Source: a bacterium (GTDB taxonomy: Bacteria; UBA8248). From it: a stretch of DNA of 64,000 bases. The notes under the pieces are model-generated. The model was not told the origin of the DNA and ran no database searches. It saw only the letters and a list, made by a program, of their open reading frames with translations. Within the stretch, counting starts at the first letter, position 1. Every line of letters begins with the position of its first letter. Where the stretch lies: positions 32,001 to 96,000 of the forward strand of contig CBDBZY010000038.1 in NCBI GenBank assembly GCA_965213685.1, written 5' to 3'. Both the position numbers and the translations under genes were made by a program. Of the stretch, positions 1 to 9,547 are shown piece after piece.

Positions 1-3000
1 CCCGAGGAGGAGCGGTTCGGAAGCGAGCGGGACGCCCGGGACGTTTTCCATCGCATGGCGGGATGCTGGACGTACTGGGGCTGGAAACACGGCTACTTTC
101 ATTCGGAAGACGACGCCAGAACGTTTTATGATGAACTCCTATACGTTCTCGCCAGCCAGATGGCCGCTCCCAACTCTCCCCAGTGGTTCAACACGGGACT
201 GCATTGGGCCTACGGCATTACGCGCCCTGCGCAGGGCCACTTCTACAGCGACCCGGAAACGGGGAAAATCCTTCGCTCCGCCAACGCCTATGAACGCCCC
301 CAGCCGCACGCTTGCTTCATCCAATCCGTCCAGGACGACCTCGTCAACGAGGGCGGGATCATGGATTTGTGGACGCGCGAGGCGCGCATTTTCAAGTATG
401 GCTCGGGGACCGGCACGAATTTCTCCAGCCTGCGGGCGGCCGGAGAATCGCTCTCGGGAGGCGGGAAGAGTTCCGGCCTCATGAGTTTCCTCAAGATCGG
501 CGACCGCGCGGCGGGGGCCATCAAGTCCGGGGGAACGACGCGGCGCGCCGCCAAGATGGTCACCCTCGACATGGACCATCCCGACATCGAGGAATTCATC
601 AACTGGAAAGTGAACGAAGAGGGGAAGGTGGCCTCCCTGGTCTCGGGCAGCAGGATGTGCAACCGGCACATGAACGCCGTCCTCGCCGCTTTCCGGGAGG
701 GGAAGAACCCCGGCGCCAACGGGAACCTCTACCAATCGGACAAAAACCCCGCTCTCACCAAGGCGATACGCGCCGCCAGGCTCGCGGGCGTGCCGGACAA
801 TTATATTCTTCGGACCCTGCAACTCGCGCGGCAAGGCATTACGGAAATCGAATTCGAGGAGTTCGACACGAATTGGGAGGGCGAGGCCTACGCTTCGGCG
901 TCCGGGCAGAACTCGAACAATTCTATTCGGGTTTCCGACAAATTCATGCAGGCCTTGGACAAAAATGCGGAATGGGACCTCATCAGGCGCACCGACCGGA
1001 AAGTCGCCGGCTCCGTCAGCGCCAAGGCGCTCTGGGAGCAGGTCGGGTATGCGGCGTGGTGCTGCGCAGACCCCGGCCTCCAGTTTGATACAACCATCAA
1101 CGACTGGCACACGTGCGCCGCCCACGAGCGCATCAACGGCTCCAATCCCTGCGCGGAGTACATGTTCCTGGACGATACCGCGTGCAATCTCGCATCCATG
1201 AATCTCATGAAGTTCCTCGACGTCGAAGCGAAACTCTTCCAGGTGGAAGACTACCGCCACGCCATTCGCCTGTTGACGATCGTCCTCGAAATTTCCGTGC
1301 TGATGGCGCAATTCCCCAGCGAGGCAATCGCCAAGCGCTCCTTTGAGTATCGCACCCTGGGGCTTGGATACGCGAATCTGGGCACCTTGCTGATGGTTCT
1401 CGGCATTCCGTATGATTCGCCGGAAGCGGAAGCGTGGTGCGGCGCCCTCACCTCCATCATGACGGGCCGCTCCTACGCCGCCAGTGCCGAGATGGCGGGA
1501 GAGCTGGGAGCGTTCGCAAGGTATCGCGATAACCGGGAGCCCATGCTGCGGGTTCTCCGAAACCACCGCCGGGCGGCTTACGCGGCGCCCGAGGCGGAAT
1601 ACGAGATGCTCTCCAAAGCCCCGAGAGGAATCTCCGAGAAAGTCTGCCCGCCCTACCTTCTGAACGCGGCGCGCGAGGCCTGGGATGACGCCCTGGACGT
1701 CGGCTACCGGAACGGCTACCGGAACGCGCAGACCACCGGCATCGCACCGACGGGCACCATCGGCCTGGTGATGGATTGCGACACGACGGGAATCGAGCCG
1801 GACTTCGCCCTGGTGAAATTCAAAAAACTGGCGGGCGGCGGTTATTTCAAGATCATCAACCAGTCCGTTCCCGTTGCCTTGCGCCATATGGGCTACGGCG
1901 AGGAGGAGATTCGCGAAATCGTCGCCTACTGCCGAGGGCGCGGCACCCTCACGAACGCGCCCCATATCAACCCGAAGTCCCTGCATCGCAAAGGATTTAC
2001 GGCCAGGGCGCTCGAGAAGGTGGAAGCCGCACTCGAGGGGGCGTTCGAGATTCAGTTCGCCTTCAACAAATACTCCCTTGGCGAGAAATTCTGTCGCGAG
2101 GAATTGGGGCTCGACGAGGCGCAACTCGCCGACTGGAACCTGAATTTGCTCGAAGCGATTGGCTTCACCCCCCGGCAAATCAGCGAGGCGAACGATTTCG
2201 TTTGCGGAAAAATGACGCTCGAGGGAGCGCCTCACCTCAAAGCAGGGCATCTGCCCGTTTTTGATTGCGCGAACAAGTGCGGCCGCGAGGGCAAGCGCTT
2301 CATACGTCCGATGGCCCATGTCCGGATGATGGCGGCGGCGCAGCCCTTCATCTCGGGTGCCATCAGCAAAACCATCAACATGCCGGCGGAAACCACCATC
2401 GCGGACATCCTCGACCTGTATCGTGAATCGTGGCGGCAGATGACGAAGGCCATCACCATCTACCGCGACGGCTCCAAACTCAGCCAGCCGCTTTCCGCAC
2501 AAGGCGAGGCGGAACTTTTCGATGAGATCGGCGAAGAAAACGTAGCTGCGCAAAACGCGCCGGTCAGAGTCGCCCAGAAGATCGTGCGCCGAATCATCTA
2601 CCAGTCCCAAAGGCGCAAGCTGCCTACGCGCCGCAGCGGATATACCCAGAAAGCCGTCGTCGGCGGCCACAAGGTGTATCTCAGAACCGGGGAATACGAA
2701 GACGGCTCCATCGGCGAAATTTTCATAGACATGCACAAAGAGGGCGCCGCCTTCCGCAGTCTGATGAATTGCTTCGCCATCGCCATTTCGCTGGGCCTCC
2801 AGCACGGCGTGCCCCTCGATGAGTTCGTGGACGCCTTCATCTTCACGCGCTTCGAGCCGGGCGGCACGGTCTCGGGCAACCCGCACATCAAGATGAGCAC
2901 GTCCATCATTGATTATATCTTCCGCGAGCTGGCCGTCTCCTATCTGGGGCGCAACGACCTGGCGCAGGTGGTGTCAGAGGACCTCCGGAGCGACACCATC

Positions 3001-3324
3001 GGGAGACCGGAGGAGGAGGTTCCGGAATTCGACGCCGAGGAGGAAGAGATTCAAACCATCATCCCGGGCCCGGAGGCGATCGTCCCGCGCAGCGACCGCG
3101 TGAGTCTGGATTATGAGAATGCCGCCAACCCGGAAGGCGCCATGGGGACTTCGGCGGCGCCTCTGGCAGGGGCGGGCTTCGCCGTGGATTCGCGGCGCAT
3201 CGAGGAGGCCCGCGCGAAGGGCTACGAAGGCGAGGCGTGCGGCGATTGCGGTTCGTTCACCCTGGTGAGAAACGGCACATGCCTGAAATGCGTGACCTGC
3301 GGTGCGACGAGCGGGTGTTCCTGA
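1..3324 (+). CDS. nrdJ: Class II (adenosylcobalamin-dependent) ribonucleotide reductase, 5'-truncated by the window edge
   Basis: Frame is open from base 1. Motifs [24 protein letters not shown] (thiyl Cys), [15 protein letters not shown]; C-terminal TSCPD-type region and CxxC...CxxCxxC...SGCS tail. Confidence 0.96.
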   Translation, partial: PEEERFGSERDARDVFHRMAGCWTYWGWKHGYFHSEDDARTFYDELLYVLASQMAAPNSPQWFNTGLHWAYGITRPAQGHFYSDPETGKILRSANAYERPQPHACFIQSVQDDLVNEGGIMDLWTREARIFKYGSGTGTNFSSLRAAGESLSGGGKSSGLMSFLKIGDRAAGAIKSGGTTRRAAKMVTLDMDHPDIEEFINWKVNEEGKVASLVSGSRMCNRHMNAVLAAFREGKNPGANGNLYQSDKNPALTKAIRAARLAGVPDNYILRTLQLARQGITEIEFEEFDTNWEGEAYASASGQNSNNSIRVSDKFMQALDKNAEWDLIRRTDRKVAGSVSAKALWEQVGYAAWCCADPGLQFDTTINDWHTCAAHERINGSNPCAEYMFLDDTACNLASMNLMKFLDVEAKLFQVEDYRHAIRLLTIVLEISVLMAQFPSEAIAKRSFEYRTLGLGYANLGTLLMVLGIPYDSPEAEAWCGALTSIMTGRSYAASAEMAGELGAFARYRDNREPMLRVLRNHRRAAYAAPEAEYEMLSKAPRGISEKVCPPYLLNAAREAWDDALDVGYRNGYRNAQTTGIAPTGTIGLVMDCDTTGIEPDFALVKFKKLAGGGYFKIINQSVPVALRHMGYGEEEIREIVAYCRGRGTLTNAPHINPKSLHRKGFTARALEKVEAALEGAFEIQFAFNKYSLGEKFCREELGLDEAQLADWNLNLLEAIGFTPRQISEANDFVCGKMTLEGAPHLKAGHLPVFDCANKCGREGKRFIRPMAHVRMMAAAQPFISGAISKTINMPAETTIADILDLYRESWRQMTKAITIYRDGSKLSQPLSAQGEAELFDEIGEENVAAQNAPVRVAQKIVRRIIYQSQRRKLPTRRSGYTQKAVVGGHKVYLRTGEYEDGSIGEIFIDMHKEGAAFRSLMNCFAIAISLGLQHGVPLDEFVDAFIFTRFEPGGTVSGNPHIKMSTSIIDYIFRELAVSYLGRNDLAQVVSEDLRSDTIGRPEEEVPEFDAEEEEIQTIIPGPEAIVPRSDRVSLDYENAANPEGAMGTSAAPLAGAGFAVDSRRIEEARAKGYEGEACGDCGSFTLVRNGTCLKCVTCGATSGCS

Positions 3325-3341
3325 GGAATCCATAACGATTA

Positions 3342-3533
3342 CCCGTCGCGGGGGAAACGGGCGGACTCTGCGACGGGACGAGAGCCGGGGAAGAATCCTC
3401 GGAGGGTGATTCCCCGGCTCTCACCAAAAACCGAACTTCCGATGTTCTTCTGCCGCGGGGGAAACGGGCGGACTCTGCGGCAGACCGAGAGCCGATGGGA
3501 TCTCCTAGGGGGAGTTTCCATCGGCTCTCACCA
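3342..3533 (+). repeat. Two tandem 85-nt double-hairpin units (3342-3426 and 3449-3533); candidate structured ncRNA
   Basis: Identical 26-nt core CGCGGGGGAAACGGGCGGACTCTGCG; stems differ between copies by compensatory changes; both end GGCTCTC-ACCA; the second unit is followed by a T-run. Strand is inferred from the ACCA/T-run. Confidence 0.8.
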
Positions 3534-3541
3534 TTTTTGAC

Positions 3542-3570
3542 TTGACACCCGAGGCCCCTTCGCCTACCTT
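3542..3570 (+). promoter_or_regulatory. Sigma70 promoter of tRNA-Ala
   Basis: TTGACA (3542-3547), 17-bp spacer, TACCTT (3565-3570), just upstream of the tRNA. Confidence 0.7.
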
Positions 3571-3584
3571 CAGGTTCCTTTTGT

Positions 3585-3660
3585 GGGGGTGTAGCTCAGA
3601 TGGGAGAGCGCGTGGATCGCACCCACGAGGTCAGGGGTTCGAATCCCCTCACCTCCACCA
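3585..3660 (+). tRNA. tRNA-Ala(CGC)
   Basis: 76-nt cloverleaf: GGGGGTG/CACCTCC acceptor with G3:U70, anticodon arm CGTGG-ATCGCAC-CCACG, GGTTCGAATCC T-arm, encoded CCA. Confidence 0.96.
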
Positions 3661-3706
3661 GTCCGGCCTGCTGAAAGACTCTCCGAGGGATTCACCCGAA
3701 CAAATT

Positions 3707-4552
3707 TCAAACGCGCAACATGGCGATAGCCGCCTCCCGGGTCCGCATCCCCTCTTGCACCCCGCGCTCCTCAGCCACCGCGTTCATGCACGAAATGACG
3801 CCATCCACCCAGGTGCTCTTCACATCGCCGATGCGCGCGCTCATGGCGCCAACCGCAGCTGCCGCGATTCCCTCTCGCGCCAGATGGGGAAACGAAGCGA
3901 TGCCGGAATCATCCTTCCCCCGGCCAGCGTCGTTCGCAATGACGCCCTTCAGACAGAGCTGCACGACAGGCCCCACGAGCGTCAGCCCGCAATGGGAGGC
4001 CTGTATGAAGACATCATCGGGCCTGGGTTCCTTGATGGAGCGCAAGACAGGAATTCCCCATGAAGCGCGGATATTGCCGCCAGGAGAATTTTCCAGTTCA
4101 TAAATGGAATCATCCAGACTCTCTTCGATAATTATTTTTTGGCCCGCCTTGGCATTGAGCAGGCAGTTCGAGGCCTCCGCTACCGGCTGGCCAATTTCGA
4201 CGCCCAGTGCGCGGGCCGTTTGATTCGCGTGACCGACTTTTCCCTCATAGACAGATTTTCCTACCGCGAGTTTCGCCGACATCGTCTCGCACGCCAGCGC
4301 AGGCACATGGTGCTCCTCGGCCAGGCAGAGACCGCTGATACCCGCATCATCCTTGCCAACTCCCGCAGCATGGGCGACCACCGCTTTCACGCCCAAGCGC
4401 ATCGCCCAGGCAATCGTCATTCGCGCAGCGTAGGAACCTCCAACGAGAACGTCATCCGCATCGACCCTCTCGTCAAAATACGTCATCGAATCCGCCGAGA
4501 GAATACGGCCGCGCGCATCTTCATGGTGAACAATTTGTTGCGGGATCGGCAT
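3707..4552 (-). CDS. Hypothetical protein made of two internally repeated domains
   Basis: ~281 aa. Halves align (HAAGVGKDDAGISG / NDAGRGKDDSGIAS; SAKLA / SARIG; ANQTARALGVEIGQPVAEA / MNAVAEERGVQEGMRTREA). Start could alternatively be 4567. Confidence 0.75.
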   Translation of the reverse strand: MPIPQQIVHHEDARGRILSADSMTYFDERVDADDVLVGGSYAARMTIAWAMRLGVKAVVAHAAGVGKDDAGISGLCLAEEHHVPALACETMSAKLAVGKSVYEGKVGHANQTARALGVEIGQPVAEASNCLLNAKAGQKIIIEESLDDSIYELENSPGGNIRASWGIPVLRSIKEPRPDDVFIQASHCGLTLVGPVVQLCLKGVIANDAGRGKDDSGIASFPHLAREGIAAAAVGAMSARIGDVKSTWVDGVISCMNAVAEERGVQEGMRTREAAIAMLRV

Positions 4553-4695
4553 CGAATTTTCTTCCATGAGGCGAGATCGTGAACCGCGTCGCCGCCCGGC
4601 GGACAACGCAACCGGGCGGGGAGGTCACCCTGTCAGCGGGAGCACGCGGCCCCTTTTTCGGGTTTCGGGGAAACGCCCTGATGCGGCCGGACCGC

Positions 4696-4870
4696 CTACG
4701 CCATGTCCTTCGCCTGAAATTCGATGCGCCCCCCCGGGGGCTCCACCACCAGGTGAAGCGCCTCGGCCAGCCGCCCGGAAAGATGCCACATGCCGCAAAT
4801 GAACGTGAGCTCCACTATCTGGCGATCGGAGAAATGCTTCTTCATCTCCCCGAACGCGAACTCATCGCTT
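4696..4870 (-). repeat. 175-bp direct repeat, copy 1: duplicate of the 3' end (with stop) of the AhpD-like gene
   Basis: Matches 6082-6256 at offset 1386 with 2 mismatches. Confidence 0.95.
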
Positions 4871-4878
4871 CCAGACGC

Positions 4879-6018
4879 TTATCGCGATACGTAGTGGATG
4901 TAATCCCTGAACATAATCTCCGTCCTCGGCCGCAGCGTCCGGAAAACGCGGCGCTCGAACGGGTGCCGAGAGAAAAAGCCCGGCAAAGAATCGGAATCGA
5001 ACGGACTCGAATCGTAGCTCACCAACGAGATGGCACCCCTCTCCTTGGAGAGCAGGCGCTCGACATGTTCCGCGTAGTTCGCGACAACGTTTACAGGCAT
5101 TTCCACGAAAGAATTTGCGTTGTGAAAAAGGTCGACCCTGCAGTCGAGGCACTCGATTTGCCAGGGCGGAATACAGAATATTTCCAACTCGCTATCGCGC
5201 GGGGGGGGGGGGGGGGGGGGGGCGAACCGCATCGCGCTTAATCCCCTCGTCTCCTTGTAAGTCTTTACGCTCGCCCCATAAAAACTTTTGAGATATTGGG
5301 TGCCAACATACAGGTTGGGCGGGATATCAAGATATATCACCTTTCGGATGCCGGGATAGTTTTCCAAAAGAATATGCACTTGGGCGCCGAAGCCGCCGCC
5401 GATTTCAAAAAAGCTGGTCTTGTCCGACAAATCGACGAGACCCGCCACGCGGTCCATCGTGTCGATCAACTGCAGGTAGTGGTTGGAAATCCTCCTCTCC
5501 CCAAAAGTGGTGAAATTCAGCTCCCCTCCCCTGCAGCTGTCGGCTGGGACCTTGTATTTCGAGAGCAACGTCCGAACCCTGTCCGAGTTTCTGAAAACCT
5601 CGGCGCGCAGCCGCACGCTCTGGTCAAAATACTTCTTCGTCAGCCGCACCTGCGTGTCGAACATTCTTTTGAGTGGCCAGACGCGATCCTGAAACTTCCG
5701 GGCAAGGGAATAGGCGCCGAAATTCCAAGTGGTTCGCGCATCGACGAACGCGGGCTCGCCGTAAGATGTGGCGATGCTGTTCGAGGCGCCCCGAAAATCG
5801 GCCAGGCCGAACTGGCGGATAGCACTCATCGCCGACTTCGTTTTGCGAAGCCAGTAGGGCCCGGGGCGATAGATGGCCGGAGCGCGCTTCGCGTCCTTCA
5901 TCAGCAAATCCAGAAGCTCGACGTCATCGGCGATTCGTCCGGAGCCGGCGGCGGCGCTTCCGCTCTCTTCTCCAGCGTCCACAGGGGCGGTAGCCCCATT
6001 CCCTGAGTCCGGGTTCAA
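4879..6018 (-). CDS. Putative sugar O-methyltransferase (class I SAM-dependent, NanM/TIGR04371-like)
   Basis: YRPGPYW N-terminal motif, EIGGGFG motif I, YLDIPPNLYVGTQYL, DLFHNANSFVEMP; GGAGG upstream of the TTG start; AT-richer than its flanks; contains a G22 run. Confidence 0.8.
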   Translation of the reverse strand: MNPDSGNGATAPVDAGEESGSAAAGSGRIADDVELLDLLMKDAKRAPAIYRPGPYWLRKTKSAMSAIRQFGLADFRGASNSIATSYGEPAFVDARTTWNFGAYSLARKFQDRVWPLKRMFDTQVRLTKKYFDQSVRLRAEVFRNSDRVRTLLSKYKVPADSCRGGELNFTTFGERRISNHYLQLIDTMDRVAGLVDLSDKTSFFEIGGGFGAQVHILLENYPGIRKVIYLDIPPNLYVGTQYLKSFYGASVKTYKETRGLSAMRFAPPPPPPPRDSELEIFCIPPWQIECLDCRVDLFHNANSFVEMPVNVVANYAEHVERLLSKERGAISLVSYDSSPFDSDSLPGFFSRHPFERRVFRTLRPRTEIMFRDYIHYVSR

Positions 6019-6081
6019 GTCATTACCTCCATGGTCCTTTATTTTTCAAACGATAAAGCTGCATCCGGTGGCGTGGATTAT

Positions 6082-6256
6082 CTACGCCATGTCCTTCGCC
6101 TGAAATTCGATGCGCCCCCCCGGGGGCTCCACCACCAGGTGAAGCGCCTCGGCCAGCCGCCCGGAAAGATGCCACATGCCGCAAATGAACGTGAGCTCCA
6201 CTATCTGGCGATCGGAGAAATACTTCTTCATCTCCCCGAATGCGAACTCATCGCTT
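6082..6256 (-). repeat. 175-bp direct repeat, copy 2 (3' end of the AhpD-like CDS)
   Basis: Matches 4696-4870. Confidence 0.95.
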
Positions 6257-6748
6257 TTGGCCGTGAACTTCGACACCCGCATCCGCCCACCGGATGACCG
6301 CTTTTTCCTTGTCATCGAACAAGGCGCTGTCCTTCCACCCATCGCCTTCCAGCAGATTGATCTGCTCCTGGCTGATACCGAGAGCCCGACCGAGCTCGAC
6401 GTTGTGCCCGATTCAGTTGTTGCACTCCGTCAGGATGGCCGTCTTGACGATGACGAGCTCCATGAGCCGGATGTAGCCGGCTTCCGTCTTCAGCCGATTC
6501 GTGCGGAGCTTCTGATCCAGCAGCATCCACCCCTCCACGGTGGGGGGCGAGTTTCCCAGCAGCTGCAAAAAGCGCGGGACGGTGCCCCACATCCGCACCG
6601 CCCAGTCATAAAGCGGAGCGAGTTCGTCCCGCAGGTCGGCGGGAATGTTTTCCGGATCGACGAAAGGCAGCCTCGGCAACGGACACGCCATCATCTCGTC
6701 GGTCACGCCCAGGCTGTCCGGCAGGCTCGTCGCTTTGTCCACAGGCAT
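6082..6748 (-). CDS. AhpD/carboxymuconolactone-decarboxylase-family protein, probable selenoprotein (CxxU); one apparent +1 indel near 6277
   Basis: ORF 6413..6748 stops at TGA in ELVIVKTAILTECNN*, and the same frame continues IGHNVELGRALGISQEQINLLEGDGWKDSALFDDKEKAVIRWADA. Removing one G joins it to VSKFTAKSDEFAFGEMKKYFSDRQIVELTFICGMW (ORF 6082..6342), giving ~221 aa. Confidence 0.8.
6377..6412 (-). promoter_or_regulatory. Candidate bacterial SECIS element
   Basis: 15 nt after the UGA: stem GAGCUC/GGGCUC with apical loop GGUC; possible lower stem AUCGG/UCGGU. Confidence 0.6.
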
Positions 6749-6781
6749 CGGGTTCTCCTTCCGAAAAGGGTGGATGTGGTT

Positions 6782-9031
6782 TTACGCCTCGCCCGCCGCC
6801 AGGGCCTCGCGGATGTGGTGCGGGCCGACGGGCAGCGAGAAAACGGGGACTCCGACAGCGTCCTGTATCGCGTTCACGATGGCCGCTGCGGTCGCCACGA
6901 TGGGCGGCTCCCCCACGCCCCGCATTCCGTAGGGCGTGCCTTCCGCCGGATTGTCATACAAAACGGCGTGCAGCTCCGGCATGTCCATGCTGGTGGGTAT
7001 GAGGTATTCATGGAAGGTGTCGCCATGCAGATTGCCGTCCGGCCGCCGGGGCTGCTCCTCCATGAGAGCCATGCCGAGGCCCTGGAGCATGGCGCCCTCG
7101 ATCTGTCCCACCACGGACAACGGGTTGATGGCGAACCCCACGTCCTGCACGCACGTCAGGCGCAAGACCCTGATCTCCCCGAGTTCGGGATTGACGGCCA
7201 CGTCCGCCACCTGCCCGGTATGTATCGGGCAGGGAGGCGGCTTCGCGCTCTCGCCCTGTCCAATCAAGAATCCCTGGATGGCGGGCGCAGCAGCAGCCAC
7301 CTCCGCAAGCGTCAGGGAGCGTTCGGGCGCCCCGGCCACCTTGACCCGTCCGTCTTCGAGAACCAGATCCTCCGCCGCCGCTTCGAGCCGGACGCTCGCC
7401 ACATGCAGTATCTTGTTTCGCAAATCACGCGCCGCGCTCAAGGCGGCCATTCCCACGGCGCGCGTCGCCTTGCTGCCCGACGCCGCGGAGGATTCCGGCA
7501 CGGAATCCGTGTCCCCGTTCGTGTAGCGCACATCGTCCAGCCCCACGCCCAGCTCCTCGGCGGCCAGCTGGCATATGGAAGTGCTCATGCCCGTGAGGTT
7601 GACCGTTCCCGCTATCACCTGCGCGGTGCCGTCCTGGTTGAGGCGCACCGCGCAGCTGGACGCCTCCCCCGGCCCTGGCCAGTATCCGCAGGCGATGCCC
7701 CGGCCCAGCCTCCAGCCCTCTCCTTCCAGCTCGCCATTCGCCTCCACCCGCTGCCCCCACTTCCCCTCCACGGCCGCCGCGTCGAGAACGCCGCGCATGG
7801 ACGGCTTCCGCTCCTTGCCGGCCAGCGTCTCATCCCCGGGTTGGAGGGAATTGATTCGCCTGAGCTCGAGGGGATCCATCCCCATCTCGCGCGCGATGAT
7901 GTCCATCTGCACCTCGGTGGCGAAATGATACTGGGGGCCGCTCGGAGCGCGCACGGGACCGCAAATCGGCCCGTTGCTATACACCGTGCACGCGCGAATC
8001 CGGACGTTGGGAATGCGATAGGAGGACGAGCCCATCAGCATCTTGCTGCTGCACTGGAACGGGGCGCCCCGGCCATACGCCCCATGATCCATGGTGACGT
8101 CGAGTTCGCGCGCCACCAGCGCGCCGTCATTCTTCACGGCCGTCCGTATGGTGATGAAATGGGGATGTCTCGGATTCACCCCGTTGTGGTCTTCCTCGCG
8201 GGTCATCTCCATGTGCACGGCCTGGTCCGTCTTCAAGGCCAAAAGGGCGGCGATGTGCTCATACGTGCTCTTGAGCTTCGCGCCAAACCCCCCTCCGATC
8301 TCCGTGGGTATCACGCGAACCTGCGTGGCCGGATAGCCCAGGGCCTCGGCCACGTCCGCCCGGATGCTCCACGCATCCTGCGTGGTCGTCCAGATGGTGA
8401 CTTTCCCGTCGGCGCCGGCCTCCGCTGTGCAGGCGTGGGGCTCGATATAGCCCGCATGCACGAAGGGGGTGGAAAACGTATGCTCAAAAACCCGGTCCGC
8501 CTCCCTGTAGCCGGCCTCGACGTTTCCGATCTCTTTCTCGAACCGGGCGATGACGTTCTTCTCCCCGTTCGGGCCCAGCCCCAGCTCCCGCCAATCCGCG
8601 TGAACGGCCAGTCCCTTTCCGGCGCGGCTGTCCAGGCCGTTCACCACCGGCTCCAACACCTCGTAGTCCACCCGAATCGATGCGATGGCCTCTCGGGCGG
8701 CGTCCATATCCTCGGCGGCCACGGCGGCGACGGGTTCTCCCCCGTATCGGACAAAGCCGTCTTGCGCGAACCAGCTCTGGTCCTTGATGTTGGCTCCAAA
8801 CCGGATGCGGGGGGCCTCCTCCCGCGTCAATACGGCGCGGACGCCGGGAATCCTGCGCGCAGCCGCCGCATCCACGCTCTTCACCTTCGCATACGGGTGC
8901 GGGCTGCCCAGCACGAGGCCGACCAGCGAACGGCCCGAGGGGACGTCCGCCGCATATTTCGCGCTTCCAGACGCCTTGTCCGGGGCGTCGATTCGGGCGT
9001 GGCCCAAGCCTGCTACCTTATAATCGGTCAT
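6782..9031 (-). CDS. Xanthine dehydrogenase/aldehyde oxidase family molybdopterin-binding subunit
   Basis: KASGSAKYAAD, HAGYIEPH, IGGGFGAK, GQIEGAMLQGLG, GVGEPP (catalytic Glu); RBS GAGGTGG. Confidence 0.93.
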   Translation of the reverse strand: MTDYKVAGLGHARIDAPDKASGSAKYAADVPSGRSLVGLVLGSPHPYAKVKSVDAAAARRIPGVRAVLTREEAPRIRFGANIKDQSWFAQDGFVRYGGEPVAAVAAEDMDAAREAIASIRVDYEVLEPVVNGLDSRAGKGLAVHADWRELGLGPNGEKNVIARFEKEIGNVEAGYREADRVFEHTFSTPFVHAGYIEPHACTAEAGADGKVTIWTTTQDAWSIRADVAEALGYPATQVRVIPTEIGGGFGAKLKSTYEHIAALLALKTDQAVHMEMTREEDHNGVNPRHPHFITIRTAVKNDGALVARELDVTMDHGAYGRGAPFQCSSKMLMGSSSYRIPNVRIRACTVYSNGPICGPVRAPSGPQYHFATEVQMDIIAREMGMDPLELRRINSLQPGDETLAGKERKPSMRGVLDAAAVEGKWGQRVEANGELEGEGWRLGRGIACGYWPGPGEASSCAVRLNQDGTAQVIAGTVNLTGMSTSICQLAAEELGVGLDDVRYTNGDTDSVPESSAASGSKATRAVGMAALSAARDLRNKILHVASVRLEAAAEDLVLEDGRVKVAGAPERSLTLAEVAAAAPAIQGFLIGQGESAKPPPCPIHTGQVADVAVNPELGEIRVLRLTCVQDVGFAINPLSVVGQIEGAMLQGLGMALMEEQPRRPDGNLHGDTFHEYLIPTSMDMPELHAVLYDNPAEGTPYGMRGVGEPPIVATAAAIVNAIQDAVGVPVFSLPVGPHHIREALAAGEA

Positions 9032-9140
9032 TTCCACCTCACAGAGAAATATGGCGAAACAGCCTCATCTTCCGCGTCCTCCGGCATGATCGCGCGTCCC
9101 CTCCACCGCCCGGCGCGTCCGAACGGCGTCTCCCGCGTGC

Positions 9141-9542
9141 CTATTCGGGAACGTCCGGCGGCCTCGCGCCGTGCGTGGCGCGAATTTTCGTCTTGATGTT
9201 TCCGCGCACATGGAAATCCCCTTCGATCCACACCCATTTCGGCGCACAGGCCTCCACGAAATCATCCAGGATGCCGCCCACCACCTGTTCATGAAAAATT
9301 TCCCGATCCCTGTAGCGGTTGACGTAGAGCTTCAGGGATTTCAACTCCACGATTTTATCCCCGGGGACATACCGGATGCGGATGGTGGCGAAATCGGGGA
9401 AATTGCTGATCGGGCAAAGGCAGGTAAACTCGGGGATGGTGAAATCGACCACATAATCCCGTTGTCTGGCGGGGTTGGGAACCGCCTCCAGCTTCGCCTC
9501 CGCGATCATCTTCGCCCCGTATTTCATCTCGCTTCGAGCCAT
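9141..9542 (-). CDS. queF: NADPH-dependent preQ0 (7-cyano-7-deazaguanine) reductase, short type
   Basis: PEFTCLCP...[22 protein letters not shown] motifs; RBS GGAGA. Confidence 0.93.
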   Translation of the reverse strand: MARSEMKYGAKMIAEAKLEAVPNPARQRDYVVDFTIPEFTCLCPISNFPDFATIRIRYVPGDKIVELKSLKLYVNRYRDREIFHEQVVGGILDDFVEACAPKWVWIEGDFHVRGNIKTKIRATHGARPPDVPE

Positions 9543-9547
9543 TCTCC

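Noticed and set aside
3342-3533. Tandem glycine/cobalamin riboswitch or CRISPR array
   Set aside because: Lacks those consensus motifs, lies 3' of nrdJ, has only two units with no unique spacers, and no cas genes are present.
3585-6080. tRNA-Ala-anchored integrative island
   Set aside because: No integrase and no duplicated tRNA 3' end seen in the window.
6176-9196. Very long antisense ORFs (also 139..2886, 22922..24952, 30674..32710, 56000..59365)
   Set aside because: Shadow frames opposite well-supported genes, expected from GC-rich codon usage; no recognisable motifs.
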